Shown piece by piece: positions 1-12,768 of a stretch of 64,000 nt of DNA (positions are counted from its first letter, which is position 1; every line of letters starts with the position of its first letter). Below the pieces are notes generated by a model. That model made no database searches. It was not told the DNA's origin and saw nothing but the letters and a program-made list of their open reading frames with translations. The position numbers were made by a program, and so were the translations under genes. The stretch lies in contig QPGO01000015.1 in NCBI GenBank assembly GCA_008632985.1, positions 63,998 to 127,997 of the forward strand, written 5' to 3'. This stretch comes from Psammoneis japonica (lineage: Eukaryota).

Positions 1-3000
1 AGCATCGCTCTCGCCATGTTGGAGACGGAGCGAATGCCGCGTTCTGCGACGCCGTTCTGATGGTGGGCGTTGGTTCCGCAAAAACGTAGACGTTGTTCGT
101 GCTGTCGCATGTGTTGCACAAAAGCATTGGCCTTGAAAGCGCCAGAATCGGTAAGAAATTCTTGGATGATGACGCCGTGGTCCATCGCGTGCTTTTCAAA
201 CGCTTGCTTCACTCGCACCGTTTCCACAGCAGAGAAACCAAGTTGGTGTTCAATGTGTGGGTAACCGGAGGCATGATCCACAAAAATGCAGCCTCCTTTG
301 CATTGCTGGGACGAGGCCTTCCCGCAGGAGTCGCAGGTTCGGCCGAGGAGACGGGATTCGAAGTGATCCACGCTGACGGCTTGGCCTGGGCGTAGATGCT
401 CGGCTCGAAGAGCACCCTCACGCTCTGGAGTAGCCGCATGTTTGGCAGACTTGAGGGTTCGGCGATGTCCTTTGGCATGTTCGCACACCTCGCACCGCGG
501 AATGTCGCAACGCGAAGCATGCTTGAATTTGGGTCGGAGAAAAGGTTCGGCCCGAAGCAGGCCTTGGACACGTGGCACACTCAGGTGACCAAACCTGAAG
601 TGCCATTCTTGAAGGAGCTTCTGACCGGTGGTGAGGTTCTGGTTGTCCTCGTGCAACACAGACAGATTGACTTGAGGAGCGGGTGCCACCCCGTTGGTCA
701 CAGACGCAACCGGTGAGTGATTTGACGCACACGCGACCTTGAGCGAACCGGCGCCATCAACATGCACTCGAAATGAGTCCTCGTCTCCCTCACATTTTCC
801 TGTCACGCCATGTTCCTTGCTGCAGAGGCATTGTGGGGATAGAAGACGTTGTCCGGCCTGAGGCACATGGTGCGCCATCGTCTTGACGACGAGCTCAGAG
901 CCGTCCTCGTCATGGAAAACCCAGGAGACGGGTCCGATGCCGGCGATGGTTAAGCCATTTGCTAGACCCCCAAGCTTCAATGGGCCATCAGGGATCGTCA
1001 GAGGTCCGACAAAGTCGTTTTCATCGCAAGCAATGGCTGAGGATGCGCCAGTGTCGCATGTGACGGTGTGGCGCTCATGTGCCAGGCTCAGCAAAGCTTG
1101 CGGGTCGGCGGCGAGTTGTGCCAAAGAACGTTGGCCTGTCAACACCTGCACAGAGGCATGAGTGGGACAGGCTTCGGTTCCGTCAGTGGCTGCCTGGAGA
1201 AGCTTCACAGGGTCTTGCCATGGAGTGGTGTCCACGAAACCAAACTTGGTGGACAGCTCATCGAAACGAAAATAGTCCGGAGAGAGCTCCTCAACCGCAT
1301 CAAAGCAGTGGCTCGGCTTGGTCGGGAGCGGGCCGAGGGCTTCCTCTGAATCATAGGTGTCGAAGTAGGACTCGGGGTCTTCTAGAGCTGGAGGGATGCA
1401 GCGGCCTGGGGAAGAGCATGCGTCGTTCTCCCAGAGCTGCGTGAATTTCTTGCTCAGATGATGGTCCGGATCGCGCTCCACAAATTCGGCAAGCACTTGT
1501 CGCGCCTTGATCTTGTTGCATTCCACCAAACTGCCCAGATCTAACACTGTCTTGTCGTCCAGTTCTTCAATGATCGAGTGGACCTGAGAGCCAGCTTTGG
1601 AGAAGCGAGAGGGGACATTGGAGAATGGATGCGTGGGAAGCTGACCGTTGAAAACAGACGCCCAGACCATGACAGCTCCAGTCAGCACCATCCAGGTAGA
1701 GGGGAAACCGTGAATGGTTGGGATGAATGCCTCACGGCGTATACGACGAGGTAAGACAGGAATCGGCGCACAGCAAATGTGCAGTGCCGTTTCCCAGAAC
1801 ATGGCAAACAGCCAGAAAACTCGGAGCTTCAAGAAGTTCCAGAAAAGCTCAAGACGAGAGCTCGGCGTTGCCTCCTCGACGCCACAATCAACATCTTGGG
1901 GTTCGGGATCGTAAAATTCGAAACCGCGACACTGGGTGCTTGGAGGTAAGTGCTCGTAGCTGTCTTCGAAAGGTGGGATGCTTGCCCCGGAAACGAGATC
2001 GTCTGACACGTCGTCAGACAGACCTTCCACGTGAGTTGCGATCGTGTCATAAAACACGTCCGGATTTTGAATCTCATGCATGGCATAGGCCGGAAATGGC
2101 TCGACAGCTGACGGTAGGGAGTCAAAAGAGGAGTGAGCGTCGGAGCACTCGGAGCAATCGTCAGCGTCTTCGGGGTCAACCGTTTCAACCAAGATGGGAG
2201 CGGGTTTGGCCACGGTAGTCTCCCTCTCGGCCGATGGAGCAGGAGTGAACGTGACGGTCGTAGTCACTGGAGTCGAACTCAAAGAGTCGTCCACAGGTGC
2301 ACACCACATGCCGCAACAAACCAGCTCGTTAGGGTCAGAGGGTTCGTCTGTAGGCGGAGACGTCGTCTGCTTGGGAGGACCAAAAGGAATGCCCGAAGAG
2401 GGGTCCGACACAGCAGATAAATTTGCCGCAGCGGTGGTTTCGGTTTTGACAGACAGTTTCCCGGTGTGTTGAGCGGAGGAGTGGCCTTGACACATGCCCT
2501 TCTTGCCCGTTTCCTTGTTCACACACTTGTTGCACCAGTGCCAGGTCATGCCTTTCTCGTCGGTGACAGTGGCACCTTTGTGAACGAAACGCCAGGCCGG
2601 CTTGGGTGGTTTCTTGGAAGGGTTAGTCTGCCGGACATCCGGAGGGTCATCCTTGGACTTGTCCGCCGTGCCCTTTTTGTCCTTCTTGCATTGCTCCTTG
2701 CAGGCAGGACACGTGCGTTTGGTGTGCCCAACCTTGCCACAGCCGCAGCAATGCTTTTCCGAGTTGTCCTTGGCGAGGTTGGATTCCGGGAGCTTGGCTG
2801 CTAAGGCAGGCCAATGAACATCGCTAATGAGTTCGCCATGGGTCTTGGTGATCCAGCCAATGAGGCCAACAGGTCCAAGATCCGCATGGTCGGCATCCTT
2901 GGGGACTTCTGCCGGGTCACGCAAGCGACATTTGCACTCCAAGCGCTTGACGGAGTCAAGCTTGGCAAAAACTTGACGATTGAAAAACTCGGAGGATGTC

Positions 3001-4154
3001 TTTGACACCTTAGACAAAACAGCAGACCCAGTTTCAACTGGCAACGCATGGTCCGTCTGCATGATCTTGAGCAGGCGCAGAGCTTCGGTTGCAAGCTCGG
3101 TGCAGTCCTCACCAGGGCAGGCATCCAGAGTTAAGTCATTCAACTTTTCCTTGGCGGCCTTGACGTCAACCAGAGCACTGGCGTTGCAGGCATCCAGAGC
3201 CATCATAAATGAGACAGACCCCGGAAGATCCTTGCAGTTCTTCAAGTGATCAAACTTGGTTTCAATCTTTTCACGGAAGGTTTCGGTGATGCGCGACTTG
3301 ACGATGAGTTGTGACAAGCCGATGTCATCGATTTCACACTGATCGTAGCCTTCGTCATCTGCAGCCGCCACACGGGTCTCACATTCCTTCTCAAGGTCTT
3401 TGACAGTGAAGGCGTGAAGATGATCAAAAAGGAACACGACCTTGCCGTCGACTTTCTTGAGATGGTAGAAAGTTTCTTGTCCGTGCGACTCGATTAAGTC
3501 CTGAATGGTCTTGACGAAGTGGTCTTTGTCCAGTTCAGCACTGGAACCATTGGATGACTCAATCTGGCCGTTGAACTTGGATGTGGTTGCCGAAGCGAGT
3601 TGATCTCTGAGAGATCGCTCGATAGAGTCGACAGCTTTCGGATGGCAACGTTGCGAGGCAAAACGGTGGGTGCGGGTGTCGGTCTGCTCACACTTGTTGT
3701 TCAGAGCCGAACGACCCAGATGCACTCCATGAGAGTGGTGGACACCGCCGCGAAGCGGCGTGGGGATCGCAGGAGGGTTGGTCGAGGTTTGCATCTTGGC
3801 GAAGGCCTCAGCAAACATCTTGATGGTGTCAGGATCCATGGACATGGTTGTGGATGATTCGACATAGAGGATCGATTATTGGGTGGGGATTGCGATGTAG
3901 AAGATCGCCGTTGGATGGGATGCCGTCTGTAACGAGACGAAGGAGTGGCAGCAACTCCGTTGCGAGTTGATGCCGGTGCGTGGATTGGGGTCGTAACCAC
4001 TTGGGATACAACAATGCACTGTGTAGGATGGAGAGTTCAGGACTCTCTTGAGGTTGTACAATACAACAGAGGATGATAAGAAGCAGTTTTGGGACAATAA
4101 GATACGCTAAAGACACGAATTGTGAGAAGATCTCACGAGGGATTGGAGATGACA
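1..4154 (-). mobile_element. Ty1/Copia (CoDi-like) LTR retrotransposon, 5' half (LTR-gag-PR-IN), degenerate and TpA-mutated; continues off the window start
   Basis: Manual minus-strand translation gives: gag zinc knuckle HCCGCGKVGHTKRTCP (~2705-2755); protease VTCDTGASSAI (~1030-1065); pre-integrase WHFRFGH and CEVC; integrase core VSVDHF...FVDH...FLTDSG...HQNGVAER (1-620). PR directly followed by IN is the Copia order. Confidence 0.92.
4002..4154 (-). repeat. Putative 5' LTR (~153 bp) with adjacent primer-binding site
   Basis: Minus strand begins TGTCA at 4154 and ends ...TATCCCA at 4002. Two nt later comes TGGTTACGACCCC (PBS-like TGG start, 3999-3987), ahead of gag. The second LTR is outside the window, so the boundaries are inferred. 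Confidence 0.6.
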
Positions 4155-4675
4155 TTATGACCTAACGGGTCGTGTGTGTCACTCCGATTACTATCGCTAG
4201 AAGACTCAACGGACATTTCTTCCGGAAGAAGAGATCCATGACCGGAAGCGTCATCCGTGAATCAGACTCGGTTGTTGACTCGTGACTGGTCGAAGCCACC
4301 CGTTGCTGCGCGAAGAATCGTGCGAAAGCACCGTGCGCGAATGCACCTCGATGATGGATTTTAGTGAAAAACGTCCATTTTCCATTCACAATGATATTTA
4401 TCGCATTTTCTCAAATAAAAAATAAAAAATTCGAACTTCTGCGAAATCGAGAGAAGCTGAAGCTTCGAAAGACCGCGGAGTTCGAAAATGAGGGGAAAAA
4501 CTTAGTAAAAACAAGGAAAAATGAAAATTTCGTTTTTTCCTGCAACCCCCAGTAATGAAACAACGAAGGGGAGGTGCAGTAATTCAAGATCGATGCATTA
4601 TACAAACGCCGACCTCTCTCCGATATATGGTATATATCCACTACACTTTGGTCGTTATCGGGCTATTACAACATA

Positions 4676-5665
4676 ATGTCACAGAAGAAAGAGCATGAAA
4701 TCCCTGAAAAATCAATCAAGAAGCAGAGGAAACGTCCTCGCGTGTCGGCTGAAGAACAATTGCATCAAGAACGTACGGAACGGTACAACAAATTAGTTTA
4801 CATGGCCACCAAATCGTTGCATAAGGAAGCCAAGGTGGTGAAGTCATTTGAATGCCAAAAGGTTGTCCGAAAACTGAAGCAGCAGGGTGAGAAAGGCAGC
4901 GAAAAGTTGCAAGACAGACTCCAGGAAATAAAGAAGTTTCCTCTGGATCGTGTGGTCGACGAGTGCATTCAACGTTTAGGAATACCGAATCTGAATCCAA
5001 ACCCGAAAGATGACAAAGAAATCAAAGAAGATAAGAGTGGTAGCGTGAATAGAGATGATAGTCAGTTAATTGAACGAATGCTTCAACACAAGCGCCTTAA
5101 AAGTGCAATGGAAACTTGGAATGAGAAAGTGACCGACTATCGCCGATGGCATCTGCGACGACTCGAGCGTGTCACACAAGTCCCTGATTTCGTATCTCAA
5201 CCCACAAAAAAGAAAATGTCAGCGAAAGCAGTAAAGTCCTCAAAAAAAGAATCTGCGTCTTCTGATTTGTTTGTATGCCTCTCCGGCACAGTAGACAACC
5301 AGAGTGAGAGCAACCACTACGGTCCTGGAGAAGACGAAGACGAGTACACGTCGGTTGTGAAAAAGAAAAAGAACCGGCCAGGTCAGCGCTCCCGCAAGGC
5401 CAAAGCAATGGCAATTCAAGCACGAAAAGAGGGGCGTACTTGGGATCGTTCTCTGAATTGGCGTGAAAAGAAAGTCAAACCTGAACAAAGCGAAGAGTCC
5501 CAAGAGGACACCAGCACGGCACCGTCGAAAGCGCAGCCAGAGGAGATTGCTGCCATGGGTAAGACGTGGAAGGAAGAAGGACAAGCACACCCTTCATGGG
5601 CTGCTCAAAAATCACAGAAGGCCGGAATAGTGGAATTCACAGGGAAAAAGATTACCTTCGACTAA
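4676..5665 (+). CDS. BUD22: Bud22/SRFBP1-family ribosome biogenesis protein
   Basis: 329-aa Lys-rich ORF with the C-terminal Bud22 motifs KKNRPGQRSRK, HPSWAA and FTGKKITFD. Confidence 0.85.
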   Translation: MSQKKEHEIPEKSIKKQRKRPRVSAEEQLHQERTERYNKLVYMATKSLHKEAKVVKSFECQKVVRKLKQQGEKGSEKLQDRLQEIKKFPLDRVVDECIQRLGIPNLNPNPKDDKEIKEDKSGSVNRDDSQLIERMLQHKRLKSAMETWNEKVTDYRRWHLRRLERVTQVPDFVSQPTKKKMSAKAVKSSKKESASSDLFVCLSGTVDNQSESNHYGPGEDEDEYTSVVKKKKNRPGQRSRKAKAMAIQARKEGRTWDRSLNWREKKVKPEQSEESQEDTSTAPSKAQPEEIAAMGKTWKEEGQAHPSWAAQKSQKAGIVEFTGKKITFD

Positions 5666-5857
5666 AAAGCGAGATAGATTCGTTGGCTGTGGTGGAGACA
5701 TACTTCTGTTGAACACGAGTTGTTTTATCGCACAAGAAGCTAGATTACGGAATAAAATAGTGGAACTAAGCTTGTTCTACCTAAATTGTAAAGCTCGTCA
5801 ACATCACCACCAGTCTATAATGTGTTTTAACTTCTAACCTCACCGCACTGCGGGGAA

Positions 5858-6923
5858 CTACGATATTGTGCAATTTCCCGCGGCGGCGCGTTCATTGGCC
5901 TTCTCAACATGCTTCAACCCATCTTGCGCAAGAGTTTTGGATTCTTCCATTTGAGTCTCGATTTGATCAATTTGCTCCTGCTGGCCTCCGACAATGTGAG
6001 CTAAGTCCTTATAAATTTCATTCACTTGGTGCATGCCCTTATTAATGCTTCTTATCTCCTCTTCGCGCTCCTGCATAATCTGTTCGTTCAGTCTCTGAAG
6101 AACCAAGAGTAATAAAGGGATGAGAAGATGTACAGACGAGAACAAGGCACGATTGCTCTAAAACAAAAACTTCTGCACAAAAACCCAACAGCCTGCTTGT
6201 ACTCACATCTTGCTGAAGCTGCATTTGAAGTTGAATGTTCTCCTCCTCTGTTTCAGGTGCAGGTCGTTTCTGCTCCTCTCGACTCTGTTGTTCTATAGCC
6301 CGAGCGCGTTTTCGCTTCATATCTAGCTGGAGATTCTTAAAATTCCCCTCCACCCGACGAAAATCTCGAGTTAATTTGACATGCGTAGCCCTACGTTTGG
6401 ATGCTTCTTGCCTCGGGAGTGACTGTAGCTGTTCTTCTTGGGCACGTAGCTCTTCCTCCAGCTTATCTCCCAGTTGTCGAAGCACATCTACTTGTACCTT
6501 GTATCTATAGAAACAAATAATTTGTTAGATTGTGACACATTCAGAATTCTGCAACACGGTATGCTCAACGAGAAAACAAACGTCCATTTCTGAACTTACT
6601 GAGTGTCGAGAACTGGCGTATCCGCTTTCGTTCCCACCTGTCGCACAATTTTCTCCAGAATTCCAACATTCCTCTGTGAGCAATAATAGAATAGAAAACA
6701 CAAAAATAGTAAGATTTGCTTCTACGCTGTGTCAGTCCGGACTAAAAATAACAACGGTATGTTCACGGACCTGGTATTGAAGAATTTGGTCGCTAATCTG
6801 TGCAAAGCCTTCCGCACCACTCAAGGCCACAGCGTCTTCAGGTATCACTGCAGAAGATGATGGACGACTCTTCTGCCCTTTTCGCTTTGATGCACCCGGT
6901 TTCCCGACATCCTGAAACGACAT
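5858..6923 (-). CDS. Syntaxin-like Qa-SNARE (STX7/PEP12-like), multi-exon, no C-terminal TM, ends CTIS
   Basis: Starts MSFQDVGKP; has Habc-like KLTRDF and a t-SNARE motif (EREEEIRSINKGMHQVNEIYKDLAHIVGGQQEQIDQIE); GT-AG introns at about 6770-6676, 6599-6505 and 6207-6095. Confidence 0.85.
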
Positions 6924-7238
6924 TGCAGCGTCTTTGTCAATGAGGAAAGTGTTGTTTCGAGTTCGAGCACTCACGATTATTTTTTGGAGAGCATGTCGAT
7001 TCACATCTTCGTAGATTCTACGCACCTTGAGTACTGAGCAAAAAAAGGCAACGTGCGAATTCCAGTCTTACAACGATGTAGTAACTGATATAATATGTAC
7101 GTAATATGTCATTTATATATTAATGAATGTGTCAGTCAACATCATCATCTGTCCGACGTCCGTTGGTTTTGGAGTTTGACCGCCGCCCGATCGACGACCG
7201 AAACAAAAACACTGAAAACAGGGGCGAAGTGGTTGACC

Positions 7239-7637
7239 ATGGCGACACGAGGTGTCTTGCAATTAACCAAGCTTCGACTTGTGTATTGCGAGTATGGTGG
7301 TTCCTCGACAGGAATCAGAGAGTTTATCAGCTCAGGGCGAATAGTCAAATGGGCGGAAAATAACCCGGCTGTAGATGTCATTGTGCAAATTCGCAATGGA
7401 CATCACCCCTACATAAAAGGCCAGTATCTATCGGGGAAGCCGCAGCAAGTGTGTGTCAAGAACGAGCAAATCAAGCAAATCTATGGTGTGATGGATAAGT
7501 TGCGCAATAGGAGCGGGAGAAAAATCAAAAAGCTGGGCAAACCAATCAAAACAGCAACACCAAGTGTACAAGGCGTTTGGACCCCGATGCTCAACCTGAA
7601 GGACTCCCCATTCAAAGTGGAGGTTATCCACCCATAG
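7239..7637 (+). CDS. MRPL43: Mitochondrial ribosomal protein mL43 (L51/S25/CI-B8 domain)
   Basis: MATRGVLQLTKLRLVYCEYGGSSTGIREFI...HPYIKGQY...TPSVQGVW matches the mL43 pattern. Confidence 0.9.
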   Translation: MATRGVLQLTKLRLVYCEYGGSSTGIREFISSGRIVKWAENNPAVDVIVQIRNGHHPYIKGQYLSGKPQQVCVKNEQIKQIYGVMDKLRNRSGRKIKKLGKPIKTATPSVQGVWTPMLNLKDSPFKVEVIHP

Positions 7638-7755
7638 GAACTGTTCAAAGCTAAAAATAGTGGCAATAATCAGATTGACATGGCAAGCCATACCGTCAGA
7701 AATTGTAGCTTGCTCGTCGCAAAAGAACGAGAGAGGAATATTCTTTGGTAGTTGT

Positions 7756-10700
7756 TTAGTTCATTTGATTCTTACCCCTTCGAGTTCGTCGCTCGGCATT
7801 TCGTGTCCATTCTTTAGGAATCCTGCGATCTCCTTCTGGTAGCACTTCTTCTAAGATATCTGGTGATACAGATGCCCGCATTACCACACGAACTATACCT
7901 TTGCTCGTATGACCTGTGAAGCAACTATCTCGAAATACACCAGCCATTATTTGGTCACGCTCTAGTCCGGGAGGAAGAAGGTTTTCGCAAGCCAGCAAAA
8001 AGTGGTAATAGGCGGGACTGTTAGGCTTGCAGTCGTCGGACTCCATCATTTCAAGGAAGATACAGCGAGCGACGTGGAAAGCCCTGGCTCTTTGATCCCG
8101 AGATCCATTGGTGTATGCACATGCGTTCAAGGCTGTGGAGTAAGAGATGTGACTGGGTTTTGCTTTGTCATTCCCTTTTTCGTATGCTTTGGCCATGCGG
8201 CGCAACATAGCAAAAGCCTTGTCCGCTTTCTCGCCATCCTGGCTTTTTGCGATTGCATTAATCGTTGCATTGTAGCAATAGAAGTTGGGTCTGGTGTTTG
8301 TATCTCCGTTCCAATAATCTCTCTCCATGCGATCCAACAATCGCATTGCTCTTTCAGCTGCCTGAGGCGAACCACTCTTTGCCCATGCGTTTATGACAGC
8401 GCTGTAACTCACAGCGTTCGGCTGAATTAGAGAATCTTTTTCGTGGCTGAGCTCCTCCATTCGCTCCAAAATCGCTTCAGCTCTCTCTGGCGCACCTTTC
8501 TGTCCGCTGAGGCGAGTTGACAAACGTCAAAATGTTAATAAGAAAGGGAAAATCAGATCAATTGACAAGCAGTCCCATGCTCACCTTTGTGCCCAACAGT
8601 TGATGACCGATGAGAATGTTACCGTATCTGGTTTGACTTCCTCGTTCCCCTCGCTATACAGCTGCTGCATCTGGTCCAGTAGCGACTCCGCCTTCTGAGC
8701 GGCATCGACTAGCCCACTTCGGGAAAAGACGTTAATCATTGTGTTGAATGAGACCCTGGTCGCGCCCACGTGTTGAAGGCTCTCCATTCTTCGAAATAAT
8801 GCCTCAGCTTTATCGACAGCATCGGGCTCTTCACACTTTGAATAGGCGTTAAGAACAGTCGTAAAAGTAACATGGGAGGGCCTTAAATCCTGCCTACCTT
8901 GTTTTTCGGACAAACTGGTCATTCGTTCCAAAACCTCTTCAGCTCGGCGAGCGCTGCCTCCAGAATTGTTCTTTGCAAATCCGTTCAGAACAATATTGTA
9001 CGTAATCTCGTTTGGTCGCATGCTCTCGTGGCCGTCAGCGTACTTTTCCTCCAGCTTCTCAAGGAGCTCGGCTGCTCTTTCAGCGGCTGAGATGCCGCCA
9101 CTCTTCACCAAAGCGTCCATCACAGTATTGTAGCTGACGACATCGGGCTTTACTGTCACGTCACTTTGGTCTTCCATTTCTGCTAGGAGCTTCTCGGCTT
9201 CAAGAACAGATCCAGGTTCACGACTTTTGGCGATGCAACCAAGGACGATGTTGTATGTTTGTCGATTCGGTTTGATTCGGTCATTTCCCGCTTCGTATCC
9301 ACGCCTCATTTCATTTAAAAGCTGTCGCGACCGGTGAACTGAATTTTTCAACCCACTTTTGGACCATGCATCGAGTACAGAATTGTAGCTTACTGAGTCG
9401 GGGCCAACCCCACCAAATGAGGAAACTTCTGTATGTTTGACGCCAATATTTTCAAGTCGGGGCTTCAGTTTCTGCATGTGGCGAAGGAGCGCTTCTGCAC
9501 GTCTTACGGCGTAGTCGCTCACGTGTGGATGCTCGGACGGAAGGCTCTTGTCTCGCTTCACCGTATGTTTAGACCAGGCATCCAAAACTGTGTTATAGGT
9601 AATAAGATCGGGACAGAGATGATGATTTCCTTCGACCAGCGACTTTTCTTCTAAAGCAAATAGAATCGACTCGGCTCTCTCCACGGCATTTGCATGTTTG
9701 GATCGTGTCCATGCTAGAATGACCGAAGAGTAGCTTACTAGGTCAGGGCATGCTTCCAGATTTGAACCGCTCTGATACAAGTCTTGCATTCTACTTAGTA
9801 AGGCCTCAGCATTTGTTGCTGCTTCTGGTCTGCGTGATTTACCCCACGCATCAAGGACTGAAAAAAGACATGAACGGTCCAACAATCATGAGAGGCTGCA
9901 TACAAAATTACTCAAGCATGGCCATTTCTGTGACACACCTGTGTTGTAGCAAACAGTGTTTGGTTGTAAGTGACTTGATTCACTCTCTAACTCCATCAGC
10001 TCTAGAATCTGTTGAGCTTGATCCGGCTGTCCGGCGTTGGAAAATGCTAACATCACAGAAGCGAAGGAGCTTACATCAGGTTTCACACCCACTGGAGACA
10101 CTTGGCTATCCTTCATGCGATTCAAAAGCGAGGCTGCCAGCGTTGCATGTCTGCGGTCCCTACTCGCCCCCATCGCATGAGCAAAGAGAACAGCGTTGTA
10201 CGGTACTTCATTGAGAACAGCAGTTGGCGAATCCTCCATGGCAAGTAACAAAGCCTCAGCTTCTGAAGCTGCCTCTGGCAATCCACTGTGTGCCCAAGCC
10301 GTGATGAGAAGTGTATACGACAAGTGGTCTGGCAATGGGTATGCATCATTCTTCTCCATTTCTTGAACAAGATCACCCATTGCTTGTAAACATCCGGTCA
10401 CAGTGGAGACTCCGTCGAGCGAGTTTGATATGAAATCATCTTCCAAGCATTCACCAATATGATTCAGAAACCAACATCGCTTTGACCATAGGTTAAGGAG
10501 GAGATTGCAACTAAAACGGTCAGGAATCAGCTTCGGATAAGAACTGTTCTCGTGTAGTGCTTGCATTGTCTTCACAACTTGTGCGGCTTTTGCTAGCGAT
10601 TCCCTCAAAAACGAAATATCTATCTGCCGTCTCAATTGCATCTCACGCCATTGAAGGGATCTATTTGTCGCTCGAAAAGGAACCAAGAATGATTCAACCA

Positions 10701-11178
10701 GGTTCACCAATCCACCATTCGGAGAGTCTTCCGAGGCAATCACGACTTGTATAGATTGTGGATCTGCATGTTTCAGCAACCACTCGAGCAAGGCTTCTGC
10801 ATAACCCATTCCATTCGATTTATCCGAGAAAGACCTAGCGCGATGACCTGCCCAGTAACGAAACGCAACACGAAACTCTTGACATGCAGCTGGTGCCAAA
10901 GGCTCAACGGAGGACAGCAATCTTTTTGTTGTTTGTTGCATACGTTCGTATTCCAGAAGCGCGGCACGCTCTTGTTCCAAAGTGCGGGCAGACGGATGAG
11001 ATTCTATCGGACTTGCTGTTTGCTGTTCATTATGAATTACTGACGTTATCGTCGAGTGCTGGAGAAGTAGATTTGAACGCAATCGAGAAGCGGGGCGTAG
11101 CTGTTGCCCTGGAGCAATAATCTTGCGGGTAAAAGGACTACATCTTGAGCACGCACTTCGTACTACCGATGCCCTCAT
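7756..11178 (-). CDS. Pentatricopeptide-repeat (PPR) protein, three exons
   Basis: Three consecutive ORFs carry many PPR units (PDxxSYxxVLxAW.KS..AA.RAE.LL..M) and are joined by GT-AG introns near 9937-9858 and 8583-8509. Confidence 0.9.
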
Positions 11179-11500
11179 CTTCGTATCAGAGTAGTTTGGA
11201 TGGACATGTACCTCTACTTTATTCGTTTCCTACGATGTTCTGAGGACGGCCAATGAAGCTTACAACAGAGTCAACAGGTCAACAGGACAGAGAAAGAGAG
11301 AGAGAGATGGCGGATGGCGGCCAGGTGCGCGAACGACATCGAAACAGCGCGAAACGATCGAAGTGCAGATATTCCAAACCACCCTTTGAGAGATCTCTTG
11401 CCACATCTAAAATCTATACTCTAGCTAGTAATGATTTGTTTCTACTTTTAAATTGGAGCCTGTCGATGTGTTCGAATCGCAGGTTTGAGGCGTTATTATC

Positions 11501-12397
11501 TCAGCTTTCTTCGTCCTTTGCTCTGCTCTGGCTAGCAGCGTCTGCAAACTCTTTCCAAGTGGCATGAGCTCCAACCAATCGTCGCTTTTTCGACAATAAT
11601 TTGGATGGTTGATTAAACACACCGTGCGTCTCTTTTTGACAAATAGGACACAAATCGTTTCCCCCCTGAACCTGGTCCATGATACACTTTTCACAGAAAA
11701 AGTGTCCGCAAGACGTGACAACAGGATCCGTGAATGGTTGTCGGCAAATGTGACAAGCAAACGGCAAGCCATCATCCGTTATCTGTGAAGGTTTTGCGTC
11801 ATCCCCTGCTGCGTCAACTCCGTCAGCAAAGTCATCCATTTCTTTCTGTTTCTTTGCTTGTTCTTTCTTCTTTCGCTCCTCCCATTCCTGTTCGAGTTGC
11901 CATCCGGACATGGTGTCGCCGCGGTCATGAAGATAGATACACGTATCACCAAATCCACAGAAGCCTGTCTCTTTGTAGTCTTTACAGATGTCTGGCTGAT
12001 AGTCAAAACGACAAGTCGTTCGAACGAACGCCGACGCCTTGATGGGTCCGGCCAGAAATTTGTTTCGCGTCGAATCTCGAAAGATGCCATCGGCTCCAGT
12101 TCCTGTTTCCTCCTGTCCATCTTTTTTGTCAGGGTGATGCTGCGCTGTACTTGTTGCCAATTCAGCAGCCGAGCGCGGTTCAGCGGAAGACGGCTTGTAC
12201 TGGTGCATCACGCTGCTACTGCCTCGGGACTTTTCGTCAATGTCGCCGTTGTCGCCTTTGCGTGCTTTCTTACCGGCGCGCCGAGCCTCTTCAACTAACT
12301 CGGAGGTCGTTTTGTCTTCTTCATCATTGTCCTCTTGCTTGTCACGTTTCTTGTTTCGCAATGAGGCCTTGGCAGAACGTTTGGGTTTACGGAACAT
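11501..12397 (-). CDS. CWC24: Pre-mRNA splicing factor Cwc24/RNF113A (CCCH zinc finger + RING)
   Basis: DYQPDICKDYKETGFCGFGDTCIYLHDR and LPFACHICRQPFTDPVVTSCGHFFCEKC; probable start MFRKPK. Confidence 0.95.
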   Translation of the reverse strand: MFRKPKRSAKASLRNKKRDKQEDNDEEDKTTSELVEEARRAGKKARKGDNGDIDEKSRGSSSVMHQYKPSSAEPRSAAELATSTAQHHPDKKDGQEETGTGADGIFRDSTRNKFLAGPIKASAFVRTTCRFDYQPDICKDYKETGFCGFGDTCIYLHDRGDTMSGWQLEQEWEERKKKEQAKKQKEMDDFADGVDAAGDDAKPSQITDDGLPFACHICRQPFTDPVVTSCGHFFCEKCIMDQVQGGNDLCPICQKETHGVFNQPSKLLSKKRRLVGAHATWKEFADAASQSRAKDEES

Positions 12398-12768
12398 GGT
12401 GACGTTGTCGTTTGTGTTTATTTGTGTTGGAGTTGCGCAAAGTCTAAAGTGGCTGAAATTTTTTTGCGCGCGAAATTTCCCATCACTCGCGGAACGCGCA
12501 GGAACAGATTCGAACAACTCGACCCAATGTAAAGCTCATAACCGTGTTTATCATGAACAGTTCCGAAAACTGCGCCGCCACATTTTTTGAAATAAATGAA
12601 GAGAAGAAGCGAATGAATGATTTCGAACTCTCTGTGTTATTCTCTCATTGTCCCCTCATCACTTAGCTACTTCTATTGTTGAGAGTCGTTACTGTACCAG
12701 CGATGCCAAGCCCGATGTCGGTCAAAGCGGTGTGTATAAAAAGGCCAGTGTCTATCGCGAGAATTTCG

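Noticed and set aside
12455..12482. E2F-like palindrome TTTTGCGCGCGAAATTT upstream of CWC24
   Set aside because: A short motif with no supporting evidence; too weak to annotate.
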